The notes under the pieces: model-generated
Told to the model about the DNA's origin: nothing
Database searches by the model: none
What the model saw: only the letters and a program-made list of their open reading frames with translations
Made by a program: the position numbers and the translations under genes
Shown here: positions 8,534 through 17,238 of the stretch, piece after piece
Position numbering within the stretch: the first letter of the stretch is position 1
Layout of the letters: every line of letters begins with the position of its first letter
NCBI GenBank assembly: GCA_937995645.1
Contig: CALKJP010000019.1
Span: 1 to 40,944 of the forward strand
DNA from: an uncultured Bacteroidia bacterium
Lineage (GTDB): Bacteria > Bacteroidota > Bacteroidia > JACCXN01
Reading direction: 5' to 3'
DNA: 40,944 bases

Positions 8534-9841
8534 TTATTTGATTCCATATTTTTCTTTGTATTTTTCGTAAAGCTGTTTTTGATGATTATCCAAATCCAGT
8601 TTTTTACCGCGAATAAAAGCATACTCCAGATTATTTGATTTCATATCTAAGGCATCACCCGTAGAAACAAAAAGTGTAGCATGTTTGCCCACTTCAATAC
8701 TTCCAACCATAGTGTCAATCCCCAAAATTTTAGCTGCATTTAATGTAATGGAAGCCAAGGCTTCTTCTTTGCTTAAACCATAAGTTACGGCAGTTCCTGC
8801 ATTAAACGGCAGATTGCGTGTACCCATTACTTCCATATCTCCATCGTGATTTAAACAAAATAGCACGCCTGCTTTTTGCAACAAATATGGTAATTGAAAA
8901 GGTAAATCTATCGGGTCATCAGTTCTTTCTGGCAAACTGTGTACGCGATTTAAAATAACAGCTATTTTATTTTCCTTAAGTGCATCGGTAACCAGCCAAG
9001 CATCGGTTCCGCCAACAATTACAACATGCGCAATATCAAATTCTTTTTTAAAATGAATTACTTCTAAAATTTCTTTTGCTGTATTGGCTGAAACGTACAA
9101 TTGCTTGGTTCCGTCAAAAAGACCTTTCATTGCATCGAACTTCAGATTTTTTTCTTTTACCGTTTTAAGTTCTGAATAGGCTTTTGCTTCTTTAAAAAAA
9201 CTTTTGATTTCCTGAACCGCTTTTTCCTGTTCATTATTTTTTTCAGAATGTCCTGGTTCTGCCCACCAGCCGGTATTTCTATACATACGAGGCCAGTTCA
9301 TGTGTATCCCGTCATCTGCTTTTAAGGTAGCGTCTTCCCAATTCCAGCCTTCTAATTCCATTACACTTGAAGTTCCGGAAATAACACCTCCTCTTGGTGT
9401 AATTTGCGCTAAGAGCACTCCGTTAAAACGCAGTGTTGGTGATATTTTAGAATCGGTATTATACGCAATTTGAGTACGAACATTTGGATTATAATTTCCA
9501 ACTTCGGCATAATCTAAGGTAGCTCTTACCGCATCTATTTCGCGTAATCCTAAAGTGGTGTTGGGTGCAATAAACCCTGGATAAATATGTTTTCCTTCTA
9601 AATTGATTACTTCATCAAAACCTGCCGGAGCACTACCTTCTCCAACCGATGTTATAACACCATTTTTAAAACCAACATAAGCATTACTTAACACTTTTCC
9701 ATTACCTACATGAATTGTGGCGTTGGTAAGCAACACTGACTTTTCCTGAATAGATGCAGGCTTTTGAGCAAAAACGTTGATTAAACAAAGTATAAAATAT
9801 AATGTACAAAGGGTAATTATTTTAAAGCTTTTCATATTCAT
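8534..9841 (-). CDS. Exported amidohydrolase-family protein, probably lacking the canonical metal ligands
   Basis: NATIHVGNG, GKHIYPGFI, ITLNAAKILG, GSIEVGKHA. APNTT sits at the usual DxHxH position. Likely start is 9841 or 9835 rather than 9877. Confidence 0.85.
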   Translation of the reverse strand: MNMKSFKIITLCTLYFILCLINVFAQKPASIQEKSVLLTNATIHVGNGKVLSNAYVGFKNGVITSVGEGSAPAGFDEVINLEGKHIYPGFIAPNTTLGLREIDAVRATLDYAEVGNYNPNVRTQIAYNTDSKISPTLRFNGVLLAQITPRGGVISGTSSVMELEGWNWEDATLKADDGIHMNWPRMYRNTGWWAEPGHSEKNNEQEKAVQEIKSFFKEAKAYSELKTVKEKNLKFDAMKGLFDGTKQLYVSANTAKEILEVIHFKKEFDIAHVVIVGGTDAWLVTDALKENKIAVILNRVHSLPERTDDPIDLPFQLPYLLQKAGVLFCLNHDGDMEVMGTRNLPFNAGTAVTYGLSKEEALASITLNAAKILGIDTMVGSIEVGKHATLFVSTGDALDMKSNNLEYAFIRGKKLDLDNHQKQLYEKYKEKYGIK

Positions 9842-9887
9842 TATTATAAAACTTGATTCTAAAAAAACATATTTCAATTATTATTTT

Positions 9888-9915
9888 AAACATTAAGAAA
9901 TTAAGATACATTAAG
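9888..9915 (+). repeat. Short TTAAG-triplet intergenic repeat, copy 1
   Basis: AAACATTAAGAAATTAAGATACATTAAG; a similar copy is at 15122-15148. Confidence 0.5.
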
Positions 9916-9992
9916 GTGAAATTTACCAACTACAAACTATTTTCTTTCTTCAAACTAATGGCTTGTGGCTAATCACCAAATCACTAATTGCA

Positions 9993-12900
9993 TTAATGCA
10001 TGTTTTCTTCTTCACTTCCTTCTTCTCCAATAGTATCGCAATGGAAAAATCTGCGTTTTCGCAATTCAGGCTTAATGGTTTTTTCTCCGGCCTTTTTTGC
10101 TTGTATCATTTTTTGAATAATACGGCTTCTCTCCTGCTCTACTAAAATTCTTTGAAGTGCATCTTTTTCTCTGTCGAAATAGCAAACACCATCAACAAAA
10201 GTTTTTTCCACTTTAGCGTAAATTGAAAGTGGATGATCGCTCCATAAAACCACATCAGCATCTTTTCCAACTTTTATACTACCGGTAAATTTGTCTAAGT
10301 GTAATAGTTTTGCTGGATTTAATGTTACCATTCTTAAAGCGTCTTCTTCGCTCATGCCACCATATTTTAAAGATTTTGCAGCTTCTTGATTCAATCTTCT
10401 TCCCATTTCGGCATCATCTGAATTTATTGCTGTTACAATTCCCATTGCATTCATTAGTGAGGCATTGAACGGAATGGCATCGTTTACTTCGAACTTATAC
10501 GCCCACCAATCTGAAAAAGTAGAACCACCTGCACCATGCTTTTTCATTTTATCGGCAACTTTGTATCCTTCTAAAATATGAGTAAAAGTATTTACGGTAA
10601 AGCCCATACTATCACCAACATGCATCAGCATATTTATTTCTGATTGTACGTAAGAATGGCAAGAAATAAAACGCTTTTTTTCTAATATTTCTACTATTGC
10701 CTCCAGCTCTAAATCTCTGCGAGGCGAGGGTTTAGTAGCTTTAATTTTGGCGGGGAGTTTTGCATATTCTTCCATTTCATTTTTGTATTCTTTTGCACGT
10801 GTAAATGCATCATAATACACTTGTTCAACACCCATTCTGGTTTGAGGGAAACGAATGGTTTCTCTGTCGCCCCAATTAGATTGTTTTACATTTTCGCCTA
10901 ATGCAAATTTTATAAAGCCATCTGTATTTTGAATTTTCATTTGCTCGGGTGCTAAGCCCCAACGTAGTTTTATTAATGCTGATTGTCCGCCAATAGCATT
11001 GGCAGAACCATGCAACAATTGTGCAGCAGTTACACCTCCTGATAGCTGGCGATAAATATTTATGTCTTCACTGTTTATTACATCGCTTATTCTCACTTCT
11101 GCACTATTAGATTGAGTTCCTTCGTTTACTCCTCTGCTTATAGCGATATGCGAATGTTCATCAATTATTCCCGGTGTTAAATGTTTTCCAGTAGCATCAA
11201 TTACTTTTGCGCCAATTGTATCTTTTGCATTAAACGTTCCGATAGCCGCTATTTTTCCATTATTGATTAAAACATCGCTTTTAATTATTCCCTGTTCTTC
11301 AAGTGTCCAAACCGTTGCATTTTTAATTAATATTTTTTCAGCTTTTGGTATTTCGGTATTTCCATAAGCCATAAATGGATACAAGATCTGGCCGATTAGT
11401 GTATCTTTTTTGCTCAGCGAATCTTTTTTTGAATCTGTTTTATAATTTGATTTTTTAATTGCCGACCAATTAATCCATGTTCCATTTGAAAGTTGTCCTT
11501 TACCATCCCATATACTGCTTGTATAGGAAATATTTCCACTTAAACGTACAATACCAGAATCATTCATTTCTTTAACAGGAAAAGCAATGGAGATTAAATT
11601 TTCTTTTCTGGAAATAGTTGCATCTTTTTTAAATGTAGTATCGTTGAGTAATTGAACACTCGCTTTTAAAGCATTTTCTTCTCCACTCACTTTTAATACA
11701 TATACATTACCTGTTCCAATATTTACATCATAATCGCCTCTGATATCAAATGTAACAGCAGGCTGAACGATATATTGTTTCCCCTGAATCCAGTTTTCGT
11801 GAATGGTAAATTTATCGGCAAACAATGAATCATTAGAAATAAAAAAGTTTGCAATCATGCCTGGTTTTAATGCACCAATTTTATTTTCCTGTTTTATTAA
11901 TTGAGCAGGTGTGTATGTTAAAGCCTTTAAAATTTCAGCAGAAGAGATGCCTCTTTCATACGCTTTTTTTAAATTATTCAAAAAGGCATTTTTATCATTT
12001 AATCCATAAGCAGTAATTGCAAATGGCACCTGATTTTTTGCAAGGAAATATAAATTAGATGGCGCCATTTCCCAGTGTTTCATTTGCGATAAATCAACCA
12101 TTTGCGCATCAAACGGGTCTTCCACATCATATACATCCGGATATGTTATTGGAACAATTAATGGAGCTCCTGTAGCTTTTATCTCTGCAATTCGTTGATA
12201 TTCATCTCCACCGCCTTTAATGATATATTGCACTTTAAATTCTTCGGCTATTTTATCGGCTCGTAAAATATTCAATTTATCATTGGCTTCAAAAATTTGA
12301 GGAAATTTCTGAATACGATTCCATTCGTCTAATGACAAATTATATTCTTTAATTTTTCCTTTATTCGTCTTATACCAATCTGCATCAATATACGTTTGAC
12401 GTAACAAGGCAATGCTCCCCATCAATGAAGAAGGGAAACTTTGAGTAGAAGAACCCTTATTAAAGGAATAAAATGCCGCAGCTTCTCCTTCTAAAACCAA
12501 TTCATTTTCTAAGCCTTTGCCTAAAGTAACAAATGCCCCTGTTCCTCTTGCAATTCCATCATGCTGATGTGTAAGTACAGTACCAAATCCTATTTTTCTT
12601 AACTCGTCTGCTTTTTGATCGTTTGGCAAAAATAAACCTGATGCTTTAACATCTGCTTTTATCGCCTGATTCCAGCTTACTGCTCCTGTTGATTTTCTTT
12701 CATATTGTGGATTGGGCGACCACTGTGCAGCTTTAACTTCCGGCATACCATAATCGGAATATAAATCAATAAATGAAGGATAAATATATTTTCCTTTTAA
12801 ATCATATACTACTGCACCTTTAGGTATTTGCACTTTAGCGCCTGCTTGTTCTACTTTACCATCACGAATAATTAAAGTAGCATTTTTAACCAATGTTTGA

Positions 12901-13046
12901 TAATCAATAAATATATTGGCATTGGTAAAAGCATAATAAATTTCTTTACGGCTATCTTTTACACCATTTACAGGAAAGGTTTCCTGAGCAAAAACCTTAA
13001 CACCAATTATTAATATTAGGGTTGCTGTTATAAGACATTTATTCAT
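9993..13046 (-). CDS. Exported double-domain amidohydrolase-family protein
   Basis: Two amidohydrolase modules: N-terminal PSFIDLYSD (degenerate) and C-terminal PGIIDEHSHI, CHSY, FTHILEGY, NSDD, GSIKVGKDADVVLW; signal peptide. Confidence 0.9.
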   Translation of the reverse strand: MNKCLITATLILIIGVKVFAQETFPVNGVKDSRKEIYYAFTNANIFIDYQTLVKNATLIIRDGKVEQAGAKVQIPKGAVVYDLKGKYIYPSFIDLYSDYGMPEVKAAQWSPNPQYERKSTGAVSWNQAIKADVKASGLFLPNDQKADELRKIGFGTVLTHQHDGIARGTGAFVTLGKGLENELVLEGEAAAFYSFNKGSSTQSFPSSLMGSIALLRQTYIDADWYKTNKGKIKEYNLSLDEWNRIQKFPQIFEANDKLNILRADKIAEEFKVQYIIKGGGDEYQRIAEIKATGAPLIVPITYPDVYDVEDPFDAQMVDLSQMKHWEMAPSNLYFLAKNQVPFAITAYGLNDKNAFLNNLKKAYERGISSAEILKALTYTPAQLIKQENKIGALKPGMIANFFISNDSLFADKFTIHENWIQGKQYIVQPAVTFDIRGDYDVNIGTGNVYVLKVSGEENALKASVQLLNDTTFKKDATISRKENLISIAFPVKEMNDSGIVRLSGNISYTSSIWDGKGQLSNGTWINWSAIKKSNYKTDSKKDSLSKKDTLIGQILYPFMAYGNTEIPKAEKILIKNATVWTLEEQGIIKSDVLINNGKIAAIGTFNAKDTIGAKVIDATGKHLTPGIIDEHSHIAISRGVNEGTQSNSAEVRISDVINSEDINIYRQLSGGVTAAQLLHGSANAIGGQSALIKLRWGLAPEQMKIQNTDGFIKFALGENVKQSNWGDRETIRFPQTRMGVEQVYYDAFTRAKEYKNEMEEYAKLPAKIKATKPSPRRDLELEAIVEILEKKRFISCHSYVQSEINMLMHVGDSMGFTVNTFTHILEGYKVADKMKKHGAGGSTFSDWWAYKFEVNDAIPFNASLMNAMGIVTAINSDDAEMGRRLNQEAAKSLKYGGMSEEDALRMVTLNPAKLLHLDKFTGSIKVGKDADVVLWSDHPLSIYAKVEKTFVDGVCYFDREKDALQRILVEQERSRIIQKMIQAKKAGEKTIKPELRKRRFFHCDTIGEEGSEEENMH

Positions 13047-13065
13047 AAGCTTACAATACGAAACA

Positions 13066-13126
13066 CAAATGTAATTTTTTTGTTAATAGTTTGAATGATA
13101 ATCTGACATATAAATCTGTATCTTTG
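13066..13126. promoter_or_regulatory. Divergent -7 promoter elements: TACATTTG (minus, 13066-13073) and TATCTTTG (plus, 13119-13126)
   Basis: Both match TAnnTTTG and lie 16-19 nt upstream of the divergent starts at 13046 and 13143. Confidence 0.6.
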
Positions 13127-13142
13127 TCGAAAAACAAAGTAT

Positions 13143-13601
13143 ATGTACACAGGACTCTTACACTTACATTCATTCCTTAGATGGCTTGCATTAATACTGA
13201 TTATTGCAGCATTTATTCGTTCCTTAACAGGATGGTTAAATAAATCAGAATATTCGCCTCTGGATAATAAATTGAGTTTATTTTCGCTAATTAGCGCACA
13301 TGTACAGTTAATCATTGGGTTTATTTTATATTTTGTTAGTCCAATTGTTAGAGCCGGTTTAGCCGATATTGGAGGTGCAATGAAAGAACCGGTATTGCGT
13401 TTTTGGACAATTGAACACATTTCAGTAATGATTTTTGCTATAGTATTAATTACACTTGGTCGTTCCTTATCAAAGCGCGCAGCTAATGATGCAAATAAAC
13501 ATAAAAAAATTGTACTATATTTTGGCTTAGGATTATTGTTAATTTTAATACGCATTCCATGGCCATTTATGCAAATTGGAGAAGGAAGAGGATGGTTTTA
13601 A
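13143..13601 (+). CDS. Four-TM membrane protein with His residues (cytochrome b-like family of Bacteroidota)
   Basis: HLHSFLRW, SAHVQLIIG, RFWTIEH, RIPWPF. Confidence 0.7.
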   Translation: MYTGLLHLHSFLRWLALILIIAAFIRSLTGWLNKSEYSPLDNKLSLFSLISAHVQLIIGFILYFVSPIVRAGLADIGGAMKEPVLRFWTIEHISVMIFAIVLITLGRSLSKRAANDANKHKKIVLYFGLGLLLILIRIPWPFMQIGEGRGWF

Positions 13602-13915
13602 GATTTATTTTACCCCTGTTTTTTTCGGGCATTATTCTTTTATTGGCATGCAGCAATAACCCTACTGCATCTGAAAACATTGCATTATCAGGCACTGATT
13701 TATATTTAAAAAACTGTGCTGTATGTCATGGCAATGATGGTAAAAAAGGATTAAGTGGAGCCAGTGATTTAAGTGCAAGCACTTTAAATTATAGTTCCAT
13801 AGTAGATGTGATTACAAACGGAAGAAAAATAATGCCTCCTTTTAAAGCTTCACTTAAAGCACACGAAATTGAAGCTATAGCCAAACATGTTGAATCGTTG
13901 AAGCAAAGTGAATAA
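13592..13915 (+). CDS. Monoheme cytochrome c lipoprotein
   Basis: CAVCH heme motif, distal Met in RKIMPPF, lipobox LLAC. ATG at 13592 gives a clean signal peptide. Confidence 0.88.
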   Translation: MVLRFILPLFFSGIILLLACSNNPTASENIALSGTDLYLKNCAVCHGNDGKKGLSGASDLSASTLNYSSIVDVITNGRKIMPPFKASLKAHEIEAIAKHVESLKQSE

Positions 13916-15114
13916 TGGCTACAACCTCGTTTATCGAATCACAAAAAATTGGAAACACAGCAGTTCTTGCCGGATTAATAAATTTTAAGCAAGACGAAGA
14001 AAAGCTGAAAGAATATCTGGACGAGCTGGAGTTTTTAGCTACTACTGCTAATATTACAACCTTAAAGCGTTTTACTCAAAAACTTGAAAAACCGGATGCA
14101 AAAACCTTTTTAGGAAAAGGGAAGCTGGAAGAAATTGCTGCTTACATTAAAGAAAACAATGTTTCAACATTAATATTTGACGATGAACTTTCACCATCGC
14201 AACAAAAAAACATTGAGAAAATAGCAAAGTGTAAAGTTCTTGACCGCACTGCATTAATTCTTGAAATATTTGCAGCACGTGCACAAACAGCTCATGCGAA
14301 AACGCAGGTACAATTAGCCCAATATCAATACTTATTACCACGCCTTACCGGATTATGGACGCACTTAGAGCGGCAGCGTGGTGCAACCGGAACACGTGGT
14401 GGTTCGGGAGAGTTGCAAATTGAAAGCGACCGAAGAATTATTCGCGATAAAATTGCACAGCTAAAAGAAAAGCTGAAAGAAATTGATAAGCAGATGGCAA
14501 CACAACGTAAAAATCGCGGTGAATTGATTCGTGTTTCTTTGGTAGGATATACCAACGTGGGGAAATCTACTATAATGAACATGCTGAGCAAATCGGAAGT
14601 TTTTGCAGAAAATAAATTATTTGCAACGCTTGATACTACTGTAAGAAAAGTGGTAATACAAAATTTGCCTTTCTTACTTTCCGATACGGTTGGTTTTATT
14701 CGCAAGCTGCCAACACAATTAGTAGAATCATTTAAATCAACTTTAGACGAAGTACGTGAAGCCGATATATTAATACATGTTGTTGATATTTCTCATCCTA
14801 ATTTTGAAGAACATATACAAGTGGTGCATGATACCCTTAAAGAAATAAATGCGCTGAATAAACCAATGATATTGGTATTTAATAAAATTGATGCATTTAA
14901 ACACGTGCCAAAAGATGAAGATGATTTAACTCCAAAACATCGTGAAAATTACACCTTAGAGGAACTAAAAAAAAGCTGGATGTCTCGTTTAAATTCTCCG
15001 GTTATTTTTATCTCTGCCCTTCATAAAGAAAACATTGAGGAGATGCGACAAATTTTATACGATTTTATTAAAAATGCACACATACAACGCTATCCTCATC
15101 AGTTGCTTTATTGA
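13915..15114 (+). CDS. hflX: Ribosome-splitting GTPase HflX
   Basis: GYTNVGKST, LFATLD, DTVGF, NKID; N-terminal ELSPSQ, DRTALILEIFAARA. Confidence 0.97.
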   Translation: MATTSFIESQKIGNTAVLAGLINFKQDEEKLKEYLDELEFLATTANITTLKRFTQKLEKPDAKTFLGKGKLEEIAAYIKENNVSTLIFDDELSPSQQKNIEKIAKCKVLDRTALILEIFAARAQTAHAKTQVQLAQYQYLLPRLTGLWTHLERQRGATGTRGGSGELQIESDRRIIRDKIAQLKEKLKEIDKQMATQRKNRGELIRVSLVGYTNVGKSTIMNMLSKSEVFAENKLFATLDTTVRKVVIQNLPFLLSDTVGFIRKLPTQLVESFKSTLDEVREADILIHVVDISHPNFEEHIQVVHDTLKEINALNKPMILVFNKIDAFKHVPKDEDDLTPKHRENYTLEELKKSWMSRLNSPVIFISALHKENIEEMRQILYDFIKNAHIQRYPHQLLY

Positions 15115-15121
15115 GTTTTTT

Positions 15122-15148
15122 AACCATTAGGAATTAAGAGAAATTAAG
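15122..15148 (+). repeat. Short TTAAG-triplet intergenic repeat, copy 2
   Basis: AACCATTAGGAATTAAGAGAAATTAAG aligns with 9888-9915. Confidence 0.5.
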
Positions 15149-15219
15149 AACATCATTTTCACATTTTATTTATTACATAAAGCTAAGGGCAAACTGTCTT
15201 ATGTAAACAAAATTTAAGA

Positions 15220-15978
15220 TTACTTACTAAACGACTCTTTATATCTGCGCATGAAGTTGGATGCAAAAATAAAATCGTTTAATTCTTTATTATCGGTATA
15301 AACAATTTCATTTTTATTCCCTTTCCACCATGCCTTTCCTTGAAATAAGAATAAAATATTTTCTCCAATTTCCATTACAGAATTCATATCGTGTGTAACC
15401 ACAACGGTTGTCATGTTATATTCCTGAGTAATTTCTTTAATAAGAGCATCAATTACAATAGCGGTTTGAGGATCTAAACCGGAGTTTGGCTCATCTACAA
15501 ATAAATATCTTGGATTTAATGCAATAGCTCGAGCTAATCCAACACGTTTTTTCATACCACCACTTATCTCTGCAGGATAACGGTTATTTACGTTTACAAG
15601 ATTAACTCTTTTAAGACAAAAATTTACCCGCTCCAATTTTTCTTCTTCACTCATTTGTGTATATACATCAAGCGGAAATTTTACATTTTCCTCAACTGTC
15701 ATCGAATCAAAAAGCGCATTTCCCTGAAAAAGCATACCAATTTCTTTTCTTACTGATTTTCGCTCATTAAAACTCATGGCAGAAAAATTTCTGCCATCAA
15801 ACATTACTTGCCCTTCATCTACTTCTTCCAAACCCACAATGCATTTTAGTAAAACCGATTTTCCGCAACCGCTTTGACCAATAATTAAATTAGTTTTACC
15901 CTGCTCAAACAAAGCAGAAATATCGGTTAGCACTTGCTTTTCACCAAATGCTTTTGAAATATTTTTAACTTCTATCAT
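15220..15978 (-). CDS. mlaF: ABC transporter ATP-binding protein, MlaF/Mkl family
   Basis: GQSGCGKS, LFQGNALFDSMTV, ISGGMKKRVGLARA, DEPNSGLDP, VTHD; paired with an MlaE gene. Confidence 0.85.
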   Translation of the reverse strand: MIEVKNISKAFGEKQVLTDISALFEQGKTNLIIGQSGCGKSVLLKCIVGLEEVDEGQVMFDGRNFSAMSFNERKSVRKEIGMLFQGNALFDSMTVEENVKFPLDVYTQMSEEEKLERVNFCLKRVNLVNVNNRYPAEISGGMKKRVGLARAIALNPRYLFVDEPNSGLDPQTAIVIDALIKEITQEYNMTTVVVTHDMNSVMEIGENILFLFQGKAWWKGNKNEIVYTDNKELNDFIFASNFMRRYKESFSK

Positions 15979-16727
15979 ATCAAAAGCAACTGAGTGATAA
16001 TGTAATTAAACAATAGGATAAAAATACTGCTTGAAACTACCGCACGCGTACTTGCTTTACCAATTTCTAAAGCTCCACCTCTAACATAATATCCATGAAA
16101 TGCAGAAATAGAGGTAATTAAAAAGGCGAATACCAGAGTTTTAATAAGAGCATACGTTACATCAAAGGGTCTAAACCCGTATTGAATACCATATATAAAT
16201 TGACTGGGTATTACAACTCCTGACAATGATCCAAACAACCATCCCCCAAATAAACCCTGAAACATGCTTATTATTACTAAAAAAGGATTAATAAAAACCG
16301 CTGCACATATTTTTGGTAAAATTAAAAATTGTGCGGAGTTAATTCCCATAATTTCCAATGCATCTATTTGTTCTGAAATACGCATGGTTCCTAATTCAGA
16401 GGCAATATTTGAACCTATTTTTCCAGCAAAAATTAATGCAAGAATTGTGGGAGCAAATTCTAAAATTACCGTTTGACGCGATGCATATCCTACACTATAC
16501 GAAGGAATTAAAGGACTATCTATATTAGCAGCTGTTTGAATGGTAACCACAGCCCCCATAAATACCGAAATAATTGTAACAATACCTAATGAACCAATTC
16601 CAATATTTTCAACCTCTCGAAAAAACAATTGCCTAAACATTTTCCAGCTTTCCGGCCTGCTGAATGTACGATACATCAACAGATAATATTGTCCCATTAT
16701 TTGTATTTGTCTGGTAATTATGCTCAT
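15975..16727 (-). CDS. mlaE: MlaE family ABC permease
   Basis: GSNIASELGTMRISEQIDALEIMG, GGALEIGKASTRAVV. Confidence 0.92.
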   Translation of the reverse strand: MSIITRQIQIMGQYYLLMYRTFSRPESWKMFRQLFFREVENIGIGSLGIVTIISVFMGAVVTIQTAANIDSPLIPSYSVGYASRQTVILEFAPTILALIFAGKIGSNIASELGTMRISEQIDALEIMGINSAQFLILPKICAAVFINPFLVIISMFQGLFGGWLFGSLSGVVIPSQFIYGIQYGFRPFDVTYALIKTLVFAFLITSISAFHGYYVRGGALEIGKASTRAVVSSSIFILLFNYIITQLLLI

Positions 16728-16819
16728 GTATAAATTTTTGGATAAAATTACGCATTATTGATAAATTTATTGCTTTATATTTCAACTTCGTAAAATCAAA
16801 TTTTTAATTCTTAAATAGA

Positions 16820-16987
16820 ATGACACCATTCAGTAAACCACTACGTATTCTAATTGTTTTAAGTGTTTGTATAACAATAAGCTCATGCTCATTATTTCGC
16901 AAAAAAAATCGTTGTAATGATTGCCCTAAATGGAGTAAAATAGAATACCATGAAAATGGTATTGTTCAATATAAAGTACGTATTTAA
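16820..16987 (+). CDS. Putative 55-aa small lipoprotein with a CxxCP motif (not in the ORF track)
   Basis: MTPFSKPLRILIVLSVCITISSCSLFRKKNRCNDCPKWSKIEYHENGIVQYKVRI*; basic N-region, hydrophobic core, ISSC lipobox. Confidence 0.6.
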   Translation: MTPFSKPLRILIVLSVCITISSCSLFRKKNRCNDCPKWSKIEYHENGIVQYKVRI

Positions 16988-16992
16988 TTTTG
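16962..16992 (+). promoter_or_regulatory. Sigma-A promoter for feoAB (TTG-N20-TAATTTTG)
   Basis: -33 TTG at 16962-16964 and -7 TAATTTTG at 16985-16992, ending 7 nt before the feoA ATG. Confidence 0.55.
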
Positions 16993-16999
16993 CGCGTGT

Positions 17000-17227
17000 A
17001 TGCCTAAATTAAATACGCTTAGAAATGGACAAAAATCCGTTATTACGGATATTTCAGAAAATGATTTATCGCTAAAACTTCTTGATATGGGTTGTATGCC
17101 GGGAGAAGAAATTATAATGATAGGCCAAGCACCTTTGGGCGACCCAATTATGTTTCAATTAGGCGGCTATTTATTAAGTTTACGAAAAGAAGAAGCAGAA
17201 AACATTCAAGTAGAAATAGTTAATTAA
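17000..17227 (+). CDS. feoA: Ferrous iron transport protein A
   Basis: KLLDMGCMPGEEI, APLGDP, LSLRKEEA; upstream of feoB. Confidence 0.95.
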   Translation: MPKLNTLRNGQKSVITDISENDLSLKLLDMGCMPGEEIIMIGQAPLGDPIMFQLGGYLLSLRKEEAENIQVEIVN

Positions 17228-17238
17228 AGCCCAACTCC

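Noticed and set aside
13043-13555. 170-aa minus-strand ORF
   Set aside because: It is antisense to the His-containing membrane protein gene and spans the divergent promoters, with no recognisable motifs.
15173-15206. TTACATAA…TTATGTAA inverted repeat between convergent hflX and mlaF
   Set aside because: An 8-bp AT-rich stem with an 18-nt loop is too weak to call as a terminator.
15220-16727. mlaE-mlaF without adjacent mlaD
   Set aside because: A split arrangement is ordinary in Bacteroidota to my knowledge and is not evidence of a new system.
16728-16999. Fur/DtxR box upstream of feoAB
   Set aside because: The region is AT-rich and I found no convincing palindrome by eye; a PWM scan would be needed.
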